Source: Gordius albopunctatus (Eukaryota). Taken from it: a stretch of 64,000 nucleotides of DNA. Location of the stretch: assembly GCA_964276515.1 (NCBI GenBank), contig OZ193910.1, positions 6,262,001 to 6,326,000 of the forward strand. The letters are read 5' to 3'. The notes under the pieces were generated by a model. It had not been told where the DNA came from. It made no database searches and was given only the letters and a program-made list of their open reading frames with translations. Of this stretch, positions 12,489 to 23,693 are shown piece by piece. Numbering within the stretch: position 1 is the stretch's first letter; each line of letters begins with the position of its first letter. The translations under genes were made by a program, and so were the position numbers.

Positions 12489-12866
12489 GTTTGAACTACC
12501 TGTAGGATGTATATAATAACTACTAACTTGCAAGCTTACTTGTGGATGGCATTGTTGTACTACATGTATGATCCTTAGTTATTGCAAATTTTTCATGCTT
12601 AAGGATTCCTTTCCCGCCACATTTCCTTTTTCTACATCTCCAATAGGTCTGATGATTTTTACCCATATTAGCTTTGATGTAAGAATATTGACCAAGGGTC
12701 AGTACCTGCCCACTTCTTGAAGATTTTTTAAATTCTAATTAAACATGCTTTAAAATCTATATTTTGTATCTTACGAACCAAAACCGGGGCCGGAGGCATT
12801 TATTCACGCGTATTTCAATATATATAGAAAAATACAATGTTGCGCGTATATATGAATGTGAAAACG

Positions 12867-12939
12867 AATTTTGGGAAAAGGTTTAGGGATAAAACACAGG
12901 CGATATAATGCTGGAGGGTATCACGTAGGGGAAAAACAA
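12867..12939 (-). repeat. 3' terminal direct repeat (73 bp) of hepadna-like copy 1
   Basis: 70/73 identical to 15648-15720, offset 2781 bp. Confidence 0.95.
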
Positions 12940-12940
12940 A

Positions 12941-12976
12941 CAAGTGATGCCCGGGGGACAGGTATGTGTATTTATA
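12941..12976 (-). promoter_or_regulatory. Putative TATA box and initiator upstream of the 3' repeat
   Basis: Minus strand TATAAA at 12976-12971 and TCACTT with its A at 12945, 31 nt downstream. AATAAA follows at 12804-12799. Confidence 0.55.
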
Positions 12977-13010
12977 CATATTTGCGCAAGGGTTTTGCTA
13001 TTGTTCTAAG

Positions 13011-15029
13011 TCAATTATTTCTACCGGTAATTCGTTTTCCCCAGAAGGAAAGGTCAATCTCGCTCTCGGTTGGTAACCCGTGTTGGAGGATGAAGTCGAT
13101 ATCTTTATGCTCGGATTCGGGGGATTCCGGGATCCAATATCGTGACGGGTTGTCTGCTGGGTTTTGGTCTGTTGGTACCCAGGCCAGGTTGAAGTGGACA
13201 TTGAGCAGATGTTTCAGCCCAAAAGTTTTGACGAAGGTCGCGATGGCTTCTTCGATCGTGGGCGAATTTGAGCACCCTTTCTTGATGACGTAGTAGGCGG
13301 TAGCCGAATCGGTTATTATTTTCGGGTGATTATTGCCTGATAGGTATGATCGTATGTATCCGTAGAGCACGGCTACAGTTTCTGCCAACGTTATATGGTG
13401 CGGTTCTCTCCATTTACAACCAAAAGAGGCTACCGCATTGTAAAAACTGTTAGAGTGGGGACCGTTTTCGTCTAAGATGCCTATGTGCGAGCCTGATGCG
13501 TCCACGTAGACTGTTGTGGACGCCTTAACGTACAGTGGGATCGTGTCGTGTGTTAACCTTAGGATTGCCATGAGTTTCTCCCCGGCTAGAACGCGGTCGA
13601 ACCACGGGGGTTCCTCCTGCGTCAGACTATAGAAACTCGAAAAAAGCTTTGACATCCCTGTCAGATTATAGAAGAGGTAATTAAGTACACCTAGGGCTTC
13701 CAACAGTGTATTCTTGGGGATGTCGCGGCGTAGGGCTATAAAAAGGACGTCGGCTGCGATTCTAAGCCTATCGGCCGTTTTTGGTTTGCACCTGATTGCT
13801 GATACGTCCAGTTTGAGTTCCATACCTAGGTATTCAATACACGCGGTAGGGAGGATGGATGATTTTGCCACGTTAATTGTCATTCCCCATTCTGCGGCTA
13901 GCTCCGCGAGTCGCTCTAAATCCTCCTGTACGTAGTCGAACGAGGGGCTGTAGATCAAGAGGTCGTCGAGATATACGTTATATTTAGACTTCTTTATTGC
14001 TTTTTTGGCTAAGTCGCTGACTACCATCTGCAGGACATAAGGAGAAAATGACGCTCCCATAGGGAGCACATTGTATTCGTAGGGCTTACGTTTCCAAACG
14101 TATCCTAGATATCGTCTGGTGGCCTCGTGGACGGGTATCAAAAAGAAGGCCGCCTTAAAGTCTACTTTGGCCCCGTATCGCGCGGCTACTAGGTGTTTCG
14201 CTGTTAGCGGGATGTTTGCGAGCTTCATTGGTTTGGGTATGAAGTTTTTTGACGCTTCGGACAGGTCCGTGATTACGCGTGCGTCCCCGTTAGCCTTGGT
14301 GATGAAAAAGGTAGCCGATTGGATGAGCAGCTTGTTTGATTTTGAGGTTACTCCCGCTCGCACTAGCTCGGTGAAGAAAGCGGGCGCACCCTTGGAGTAT
14401 CGTTTACTCTTGGGCGGTTTGAAAAGGCCCCCGTTTCTTTGTATGCGCATCGTATCCAGTGCTACCCTGTAGCCGTTTGTGGCTACTTTCCTCGTAAAAG
14501 GCGACATTAGCGTGTGAGGCGTGAGCTTGCTCGTTCTAATGTCCAGGTTGCCCGTTGGCCTTGTAGAGGTTGACGCTTTAGTCCACCCGAAGAGCATTTT
14601 GTGTGCTTGTAACAGGGGTCGGATTGGTCCCGACCCCACGTCCCGACCGAGGGAATCTTCGGAGTCCGAGATGCGTTGCTCGGATTCGGACGGAAGCGGT
14701 GGCGAATCTATTTGTCGTGGTGATGTTTGCGGCGAATTATCCGGCGAACTCGGATCGTCGTCGGCGGGCGGAGAGAAGATTATCCGGCACGTCTACCTAA
14801 GAAAGAATGCGACATTCTTAAGCCACGGCTGGAAGACGATATCTTTCTCTCCGTGAGGGGTCGGTAAGCCATCGGGCCCGAACTCCCATTTGTTCGCGAT
14901 TTTCTTTAGGCGCTTTCTAGCTCCTGGCAGGGGGCGCGCTCTTTTTGAGGTTGCGGCCCTTAGATGTGCCTCTGCCCCTGCCAGCTGCCGGAAAAAACTG
15001 TTTGCGCTGCGGATCCCGTTTAATGTCAA
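13011..15029 (-). CDS. Pol of hepadna-like element: basic N-domain, Ser/Pro spacer, RT, RNase H (542-aa open part plus in-frame upstream extension across one TAG at 14793-14795)
   Basis: RT: FFITKANGDARVITDLS, VDFKAAFFLIPVH, LPMGASFSPYVLQ, YLDD, INVAKS, IEYLG. RNase H: VYVDAS, HITLAE, ITDS, WVPTDQNPADNPSR. ORF 14793-15029 is in the same frame, and copy 2 has GAG (Glu) at the TAG position. Confidence 0.88.
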
Positions 15030-15637
15030 TATTTTGCCATTTCATCTCTTTCAACCATTCAGCGTCTTGTGAAGCCGCCGTCTGCCAGTTGAATTTTATG
15101 GCCAGACACATCTTTTTTGAGCTGATCATTGATGGGGATGAGCTCCTCCAGTGTCATGGGAATCCGCGTTAGCTTCGCGCAATGTATGGCGAACCGGGCT
15201 TCGTGCTTGTCCCGTTTCGCCCCTTTACAGTCCGGGTCAGCGATTAGGTCCTCGAGGCCTTTCCTATGCAGGTTGATGTCGTCGAGAACCGATTCGACTG
15301 TACGAGGCGGCTCCGGGGCCGGAACGATCTGCATTGTTGATGGTGGCAATTCGGGGGTCGAAGGTGTGGTAACGTTTGCCGTTGGCTGCCCTAAGCTGCT
15401 TCTCTGGAGTAGCTGTTGTAGGGCTTCTGTTTAGACCCTCTGCGCCTCGGCTTGTTTGTTCAGCGCTGCTACGGTTGTCTCTTGGATCTTGGCTATCCTT
15501 GCTATAAGCCCCTCCAGTGGGTTATCCGAACCCGATCCTGTTTGGCTTGTGTATGTCGTGGGTGATGTCATAGAGTTATCTGGGGTGAGTAAAATAAAAC
15601 TGTGTTGATCTACCGTTTGGGATCTCGTGTTCACCAT
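14917..15637 (-). pseudogene. ORF1 of hepadna-like element: putative core/gag-like protein, ~240 aa, basic RG-rich C-terminus
   Basis: ORFs 15431-15637 and 15059-15349 share a frame with one TAA between them. An extra A near 15115 shifts into 14917-15129. The reconstructed protein aligns with the copy 2 ORF 44735-45181 (APEPPRT, KGLE-L-ADPD, CLAIKFNW, WLKEM, QFF-AAGRG). The capsid function is inferred. Confidence 0.7.
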
Positions 15638-15647
15638 TAACTATATA

Positions 15648-15720
15648 AATTTTGGGAAAAGGTTTAGGGATAAAACACGGTCGATATAATGCTGGAGGGT
15701 ATCACGTCGGGGAAAAACAA
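15648..15720 (-). repeat. 5' terminal direct repeat (73 bp) of hepadna-like copy 1
   Basis: Matches 12867-12939 and ends 10 nt upstream of the ORF1 ATG at 15637. Confidence 0.95.
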
Positions 15721-16533
15721 TGGGTCAAAAAGAAAAGAAGTTTCAAGGATAAAGATACAGGCCAGGAAAATCAAAAACCTATAAAAGTCCCAGCAAAATC
15801 GATACTACAGAAAAAAACAGAGAAATAGGATTTTCTCCCGTAGAATGGAAATTTCTCCATTGTAAACCCAATTCCTCCCTGTAATCGCTAGAAATTATAT
15901 TCCCGCGCAATTATTGTCTTGTTAACAATTATTGCCGAATACTTCAATTATATACCATCTCCGGAGTTGGATTATAGTTATTTGAGTGAATAAACTAGTA
16001 TTTGGAGTATCACAGATTTGGTGAATAATCGTACAAATAAATAATCCCCAGATAAGAAACGATAAATAATTCCCCCTTTGGGCGGAGGATGTAAAAGTGG
16101 TGCCCAAGCCTTATAAGGGCTGGTTCCCTTTTTGAAAGTTTCTCATGGATATGACACCTATCTTCCCTATTTAGACGCTCTGCTTGAATAGGGGGTTTAC
16201 TCAAAATTCCACCTCTAGGAATTTGATCTGCAAGCACTTGGCGAAGACTGGAAATGAACTTTGTTTGTCTGGATAGGAGCGATCTAAACTATTTTCAAAC
16301 AAAACAATCTCTTGTTTTTTTATTAAAGGCTTGTCCTCCCTCTTTCATATTTTTTAAATACTTGACTTACGAAACTTACAGCTATTTAGATGTTACACAT
16401 TTAACAATTTTTATGTTAGAAATCGCATGGGTTTAAACCCTTCCCTTTTACGCCAAGTTTGGACATCTTCGGGTGAACATACATACATATATATTATCAT
16501 ATTTTTCAAATAATTCAATATAAACGCGTTGTT

Positions 16534-19500
16534 ATGGCTCTACAACTTCTAAAATTTATTGAGTCTTCATTTTTTGTAGGTGATATCACATATTCACTTT
16601 GTATCATCGCTGTCATAGCTATGTTTACCATAGTATATCTTATTTCTATTATGGGCACTAAAGAACGAACATTTGAAGAAGCCAAGGCAGCACAAAATAA
16701 CGGTGTTTATAAGAAAAAGGGTTTCTGGCTTTTATCTTATATTGTTCCAAGAACCATTCATAAAGAAGTCGTAAAAGCCAAATTTTTAAAGGAAAAAATG
16801 AAATTAAATATGGTGAGCAAAGGCAACCATAAAAATTTTAGCTATCAGACCAAGGATAAACAAAAAATTAACAGTTCATCTAAGATTATAAAAACCTTTG
16901 CAGATGGAGGGAGGAATCTAGATAAATTAGGTGTTATATCAGATGGTCCAAAAAGCACAATCAAATATGATAAAAACATTTCACAACATGATATAAGTAG
17001 CACAAAATTTCCAAAAAATAGGAAATATGGTTCATTAAGCAAGGCTGAAAATTTTTCAGCAGATGATGATACTGCTCAAGCAAATTCACTAAGCAACGTC
17101 AACTCAAATACTTGTCAAAATAATTCACCATCAATCCTATTTGAAAACCCTATAGAAATTGAAAGCAGTAGTTGTAATGAGTTTATAGAACAAAATGAAA
17201 ACAATAAAAATATTACAGCAAATAATATAAAAGCCAATAAAAAACATAAAAAAAGAAATAAAAAATGCAAAAATCTATTACTTGGCACTCATGGTAAAAT
17301 ATTATTTTAACATATAATTATTAACAATATGAATATAGAGGATGATAATCAGAAAGGAAATTTTTCTATTGTGTTTTCAGACCATAACCATGTTGATGGT
17401 AATATATTATTTAAATTATATTTCAGGTATTTTATGCACCCTTGCCTTTAACATATTTTTGACTACTAGAATTTATAAATAAATGCACAGGCAGAAATAT
17501 AGCTTGTGAAATCATATAGCATAAATAAGAGTCCCAAATTAATGTCATAAATTAAAAACCAATATATCTTTAACTGTGCAACTCGTTACATTAATGTGCT
17601 AATAAATGGCTACTTAATATAACCGCAGAGCTTACTAATATTTACTAAATATTTCTCCATCAAGAGTTTTTTGATTTTAGTAGGTTTTTTGTTTAAAAAT
17701 TCATTCATGTGTTTATACCTTTATATTTTTCAATTGTGGTCAAGCATTTTATTATGTTTAATTTTTATATCTATTACGTTTTTATTCTCAATATTACCTA
17801 GTTTCTTTTGTATGTCAACTTTGTCATTTAATATTACAGAAGTTTCCTAAAATCATATGCCGCTTCATTTTTTTACGTAGTTTTCAAGGCCTCCGAATTA
17901 AAAATGTAAAAGCGATATTTTGATTAAAAATATACCATATAAATAGTGTGATGCCGAATTTCTCAATTGAAAGCTTATATATAGGTATTTTTATGGGCGT
18001 AGCCAGATTAGAGGGGGGCAATAATGATTCGAGGAGGGGCAAAATGATTATTTCATGAAATTTTGGCCATAATATTAATAAAATTCGACAAATTTAGAGA
18101 GGGGCAGCTGCCCCTCCCTGCCCCCCCCCCCCTTGGCTACGCCCATGGGTATTTTATTTTTGATCTTAGCCACGAATTATTTGTAAAATTAATGGCTTAA
18201 ACGTGTAGAACTTGCCTAGAGTTTTCAATGTATAAAAATTATCCAGGTTCTAGGGTGTGTGCAGAAGTTGCCGAAGAAGCTAATCAAATACCGGATGCAC
18301 CCGAAGCCTTAGAAGAGCGTTTAATTAAGGAATGTACCAACTTACCCCGAGGCAAATTGTTACTACTTTTAAACACCCTCATACAGGACAAAAAAATTGA
18401 TGCTAAAGAGATTAAAGTAATCGCGTAGTCTACTCACGCTCGTGCTATAATAACACGCGCCACAACAAACAATCGATATTATAAATATTACTGATCTGCT
18501 GCCTTTACCAAATAATCGTTATTATCTACCAACTTTTGACACTTAAAAGAACGGTCGATAAATGTTATTGTCCCAGCCATTTAGACCTTTTTTTATTTGC
18601 TAATTTAGGTTGCTAAATTATTTTTATTACCATTAATATATAATTTAAAGCTAAAACTTTAGATTTTTAATGGTAAATTTAGTTAGTACAACAGCTGAAG
18701 GATTCTATGCAAAAGCACGTTGATGAGTTGGAGGCGAAAGTTCACAAATCTCAGTCTCTGATGGAATATGCAAATATGCAGAACCAAAAACTGAGGTTGA
18801 TTCCCTTTTCAAAACAATAACTTATGGTTTATTTCATGGCCAGTGAGCATTGGAATTAGAAGGGGGGATAATGATTTAGGGAGGGCCAAAATAAATATTT
18901 TTAGAAATTTTAGCCATACTTTTAATAAATTTCAACAACTTTTTGGATTTAGAGGGTGGCAGCCGCCCCTTCCTGCCCCCCCCGGCTATACCCATGGTTG
19001 ATTAATAAGAAATTTAATATACATTGATGTTTATAAGTCTATAAATTTTTAAGGTGTTGCAAATTGAGTTTGCCGACATATCAATAATAATCCCTGGATT
19101 TCCTGATGTGTCTGTTTTTTAAGAATACTAAATTTCTTTATACTACAAATCTATTTAATTTTTATAAATATTTAAAAAAATCTTAACGCACATAAATGCA
19201 TTCTGTATGCATATACTATTTATCCTCTGCAAAACCTTCTTAAACTATTAAACTTGACTTAGAAAATAAAAAAAATATCCTTGTTTTTGAATACCATGGG
19301 GATTATATCCCTGAATTTATGTTTTTTTTGGAAATATCGTATTTACATATATTAATTTCTTATTTGTCAAGTATTTTTTCATTTAAATTAGTCACAATTG
19401 ATTGATGCATTTATAATTTTCGCTTTAAAAATTAAATCTAAAATATTCGCTAAAAAATAAAAACACACGAAATAGGTAATACAAAAAATACTCACATTTT

Positions 19501-22500
19501 ATAAATTCCTGTTTCATCTTTTATTTTATTCTTTTAATTTGCTTTAAATTATCCTGGGACTAACTATCAGGGACGACGTTCCAAACATCTAAATGTTCAA
19601 ATTTTGCGCGTTTATTTCGCTATTTACGTTTTATCATCACTAGTAATGACCATGGCCAAGAACGCTTAAAATATGCCAAGTTAGAAAATTCGTTGAAAGA
19701 GAAGATGCTCTCCATGACTCAAGAATTACAGATGCTCCATTCTCGTTTGAACGAGGCACAAGGTTATCAGCACAAAGTGATAGCGTTGCAAAAAGCTTTG
19801 GACGACGCCAAAGCCAATCATACTTTTGCCCTTAATGCGTTGAAGGAGGTGATTTTATTGGCATAAGAAACTTTTCAAAGAGGGCATAGGCGGGGCCATG
19901 TTGGAGGCATATATTATCCATATCTAAACACTATCTTTGGGGAACCGATAAATATAAATGATTAAGATAATATCCTTAAATGTTTTCATTATTCTTTCTT
20001 CCATAACTTTTACTATTTATTATTGCATAAAAATTTCACCCAAAATGGCCACCCAAATTACTTAATAATTTTTAATGCAAAATACTGTTCAGTTTATTCT
20101 ATTTTAAATTTACGGGGATGTTTTCAATGAAAGTTTTATATATTTAGGAAAATAAGAGGTGTCATGAAAATTATTCTCAAAGGGACAACGATGCTAAAGT
20201 GTTGGAAAAAAAGATGCTGCAGTTGGAAGCATCTTTCAAGAAAGATTTGGAAGCTAAAGTTAAAGCTTCTGAAGATAAGGTGGAGTCCTTAAATAATTTT
20301 TATTTATTAAAGTGATGTTTCTTATCTAATAGGTTACTTACGTGGCTAAGCAGAACGAGAGACTCTTAAACCAAATTAAATTTATGGAAAAAGATAATGT
20401 GCGGAACAAAGACCAATTTCAGATTCTTTTAGGCGAAAAGACTAACGCCTTGGCCAAGTGTGACGAACTCAACCTTAAATTGTTGGAAGTTTCGCGGGAT
20501 TTGGAATCGTTCAAGGAAAGGAACAAAATCATAACTCAGTTTGACAAAGAGGGCCGGGAAAGGGAAAACAAACTGTACTCCGAAATCATGAATCATTTAA
20601 AGGTTTTTTTGTAATTCAAAGAATAAATTTAAAATTATTGCTTAGGGCATGAGGTCGGAGCTATGCTTGCCCCAAGAATTTCTAAACTCCATCCTCAACG
20701 TCGTGCCTCAAAAAAATGAACAGATGTTGAACGATGTGTACGTCAATATTTCAAAGGACGTTGCCAAGACACAAAATTTGGTGCAGGTTGAGATGGAAAA
20801 AATGGGTGTTGCTGTGGGAGAAATGTCGCGTACCCTAAAAAGTTTGTCCGATCCAATTTCACAGCAAGGACACCAACTTGCAGCAACTAACAATCTTAGT
20901 AAGCGAATTATGCTATATCTTCGAGATTAAAATATTCGTCTTATTGTTTAGCGTCGGAAGTTTTGAATCATACCAAAAACAGCATCCAATCTATATTTCA
21001 TAGCTGGGGGAAACAGCTTCAAGTAAGCAAAATTATTGCATCGCACACAATCTTTGTTCTCGTTCTATTTACTAGCACAACGAAGATCATTGGCGGTTGG
21101 AGATTAGCGAAACGATGGATAGATTGCGCAAAATTGTCGATGACCTTCGTGATATAAAAACCGACGCTCATAAGGTACTTTTTTAAATGATATTTTACCG
21201 AGAATTTAGAAGGAAAGTCCGAAGCTGGTGACATCGTTGAACGAAACCACATCCTTTTTAACATCTGATAATTACAGCATGACACCTCCCGATTCATTAC
21301 TAAAAGATCATGAATTAAAGATCCAAGAGTTAAAGAATACAAATGATGTAAGTGTTTTTGAACTTTAAATGATGAATAATATTAAAATGAAGGAGTTGAG
21401 GAAAAAGAATTGGAAAATTGTAGAAGCAATGAAAGATAAAGAAAATTATATCACCGAGCACCTAAAGCAACGCGATATGAACGAGGAATCTGATAATCAC
21501 GTTACTAAGGTTAAATTAACCGAACGAACGAATTTAATAAAGATTATACAAAAATTGTGTGAAAACCTCGGGGATCCTATGGATTTTAATGGATTTGTTG
21601 CGGTAAGTGCGTATACGATCTTCTAATTTTTTTATGTATGGTATAGGGAGACGATAAATTCTATTCGACCCTTTTTGAAAAAGCGTTACAGCCTATCATC
21701 TGCAAAAATTTCGAGAACAAAGAAAAAATAACAGTTTTAAAAGTAATTTTTACCAAATATTTTATATATGCGTGACTGAAGAGAGAGCTTGAAATTATGA
21801 AAGATTTAAAGATTAAATTGGCCAAACAACAAACTAAACATGAAGAGCCTTGTGAAATTGCCAAAGAAAATGAAGTAATACCCTAAATTTGAAATAAATG
21901 ATATGTTTTTAGATAGAAGGCAATGTGCTTGAAGAAATATTGACAACGTTTAAGAAACATTTACTTGCCATCAAAGCTCAAGTGGAGGATAATGAGCTTT
22001 GTATAGATAAGCAAATAGAATTACAAATGGAATTATCTCGGGTATTAAATACACACTTGTCGTCTAACTTTACTTTTTTAATAGTGTTATACCTAAGATA
22101 TTAAGTTTTAATTTAACTTGTAAGTTTAATAGCGTAAATAACAATGAATCTCGAACTCATTGTTAATAAACGAGTCTAAATTCTCCTAAATAGACAATGC
22201 TAGCTAGATAAACCTGCTATTTATAATTTTATTTTTGCGCAAAAAATTATCTAAATTCATATGCAAAATATACCACTCACAACCTTGCATATTAGGAGGC
22301 CTTTAGGCTTGATTTATTATCAACTTTAAGGATTTATTAACTCTCCTGGTCTATCATCTTTATCATATTCGATGGTTATTAAAAAACAAGAGCCCTGTAA
22401 ATGATATATATAACATTTAAATATTTATATTTGCCATATCATTAATCCACAAAGAATTGTCCTTCGAATTTAGTCAAAAATCATCACAGAAGGATTTTTA

Positions 22501-23340
22501 GAAATCAAATCTGAGCATTGATTGAAAAATTTGTCGGCTCTTTTATCTATTATTTGCACGAGCCTAGGCAAGAGGGACGGCGTATTTTTTAAATAAATTA
22601 ATTGACATTCCTGACGGCTGACTAATTCAACAGCTTACTTCTATGATACTACACTGGTATAACTGGTATAAAATATTTTTAGGTTGTATCGAGCAAGAGT
22701 TGTATGTAATAATATGTTCACGGATATTGATTTAATATGCTGATTTTTCTGCGATGATTAAGCGAGAAACATTTAAAGTTTTGCGAATTTTAAAAATTTT
22801 TAAATAACGCCCAGATTTTTATTCGAAATTTTAAATCATTAAAGAATATGCCTTAATTTTTTATTATTTGTAATTAATTATGATCAGAGGTTGGTAGGTT
22901 ACGCTTGAGTTTTTTATCTTTATATTTTAAAGTTAAGCAAACTTATATTTTACTTAAATAGGGAGGATTAGAAAATTACAGTCCAAAACTTTCTTTGTCG
23001 AAACCGTTTGTCTTGCCACGATTTGCTAATCCTCACCAAGAAAAGGATTTGACACATTATGACAAGGTATGTCAAAGTGACTTGCACCCTAGTTTACAAG
23101 AACCTTGGATTGAGGTTATCATTGAACCTCTGGCCGATCCTTCTCTTTTGCGCGTAAGTTATCGTTTTTGCGCAACAAATTTTTAAAATAAACTTATTAC
23201 AGCAATTTCGAAGTGACACATATTTGTGCTACATATTGTTTTGTTTATAGGAATTGGAAGGGTATAAAATGAAGCTGCAAAATCTACAAAGAGAATTGGT
23301 AGCTTTTCAATCTCTCAACATAAGCATTCAAGCAGATTAG
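16534..23340 (+). CDS. Kinectin/ribosome-binding protein 1 (RRBP1/p180)-like ER membrane coiled-coil protein, multi-exon
   Basis: N-terminal TM segment followed by KERTFEEAKAAQ (compare RRBP1/kinectin KE-S-YEEALA-Q), then a Lys-rich region and many short coiled-coil exons (~18690-22040). Last exon 23251-23340 ends QAD*. Confidence 0.72.
17992..18147. mobile_element. hAT-type MITE, catgggcgtagcc family (other copies ~18850-18996, 25867-26025, 29298-29759, ~36613-36750, 40299-40552)
   Basis: TIR (c/t)atgggcgtagcc / ggctacgcccatg with G and C runs. 8-bp TSD is ggtatttt here and taataggt at the 29298 copy. Confidence 0.88.
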
Positions 23341-23693
23341 AATTTGTGATATACCGCACTAGAATATTGTTAACATGTTCTTTATTGAAGTATGAAGTGA
23401 TATAGTCTTTTAAACAAAAATCTGTCAAGTCATTAATAGTGCAATTTAGCATCTCAATTACCATCATCAACTAACCTGTGGTCGTTTTTTTTATAATCAT
23501 ATTATGCTGTATTAGTAGTTTTTTAAATACATTCAACTAAACATTCCTTTACATTTTCAAAAGCTTTGTTTTTTTTGTTTGCCATATTTTTAAGCTTTTG
23601 TGAGTTATATATACATAATTAAAATGGTGTAAAAGCCTCAATATGTATGAAATATTTTTGTTTATAATTGCGATTCAAATAAATGTTGTTTAA

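Larger units (their letters stand above)
9225..12750 (-). mobile_element. MULE (Mutator-like) transposase relic with FLYWCH domains, carrying nested RTE and hAT insertions
   Basis: FLYWCH-like segments (QTYWRCRKRKCGGKG..DHTC at ~12560-12700 and ORF 10995-11564), FGDGTFF, QIDFELGA, GCYFHYSQAL and RTNNHTEGFHNKLK. Both element ends are uncertain. Confidence 0.85.
12775..15720 (-). mobile_element. Hepadnavirus-like (HEART/nackedna-like) retroelement, copy 1, terminally redundant
   Basis: GC-rich island containing ORF1 and an overlapping RT-RNase H ORF. Bounded by 73-bp direct repeats at 12867-12939 and 15648-15720. No integrase, tyrosine recombinase or protease motifs seen. The 3' boundary near 12775 is approximate. 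Confidence 0.8.

Noticed and set aside
13714..14856. Plus-strand ORFs antisense to Pol, similar in both copies (ITRASPLAL)
   Set aside because: Explained by high GC content and conservation of the sense codons. No long same-strand overlapping envelope-like ORF was seen.
12867..15720. Interpretation as an ordinary LTR (gypsy/copia/BEL) or complete DIRS retrotransposon
   Set aside because: Repeats are 73 bp without TG..CA, PBS, PPT or TSD. No protease, integrase or tyrosine recombinase, and no DIRS inverted termini. A distant DIRS/Ngaro affinity of the RT cannot be excluded without a phylogeny.
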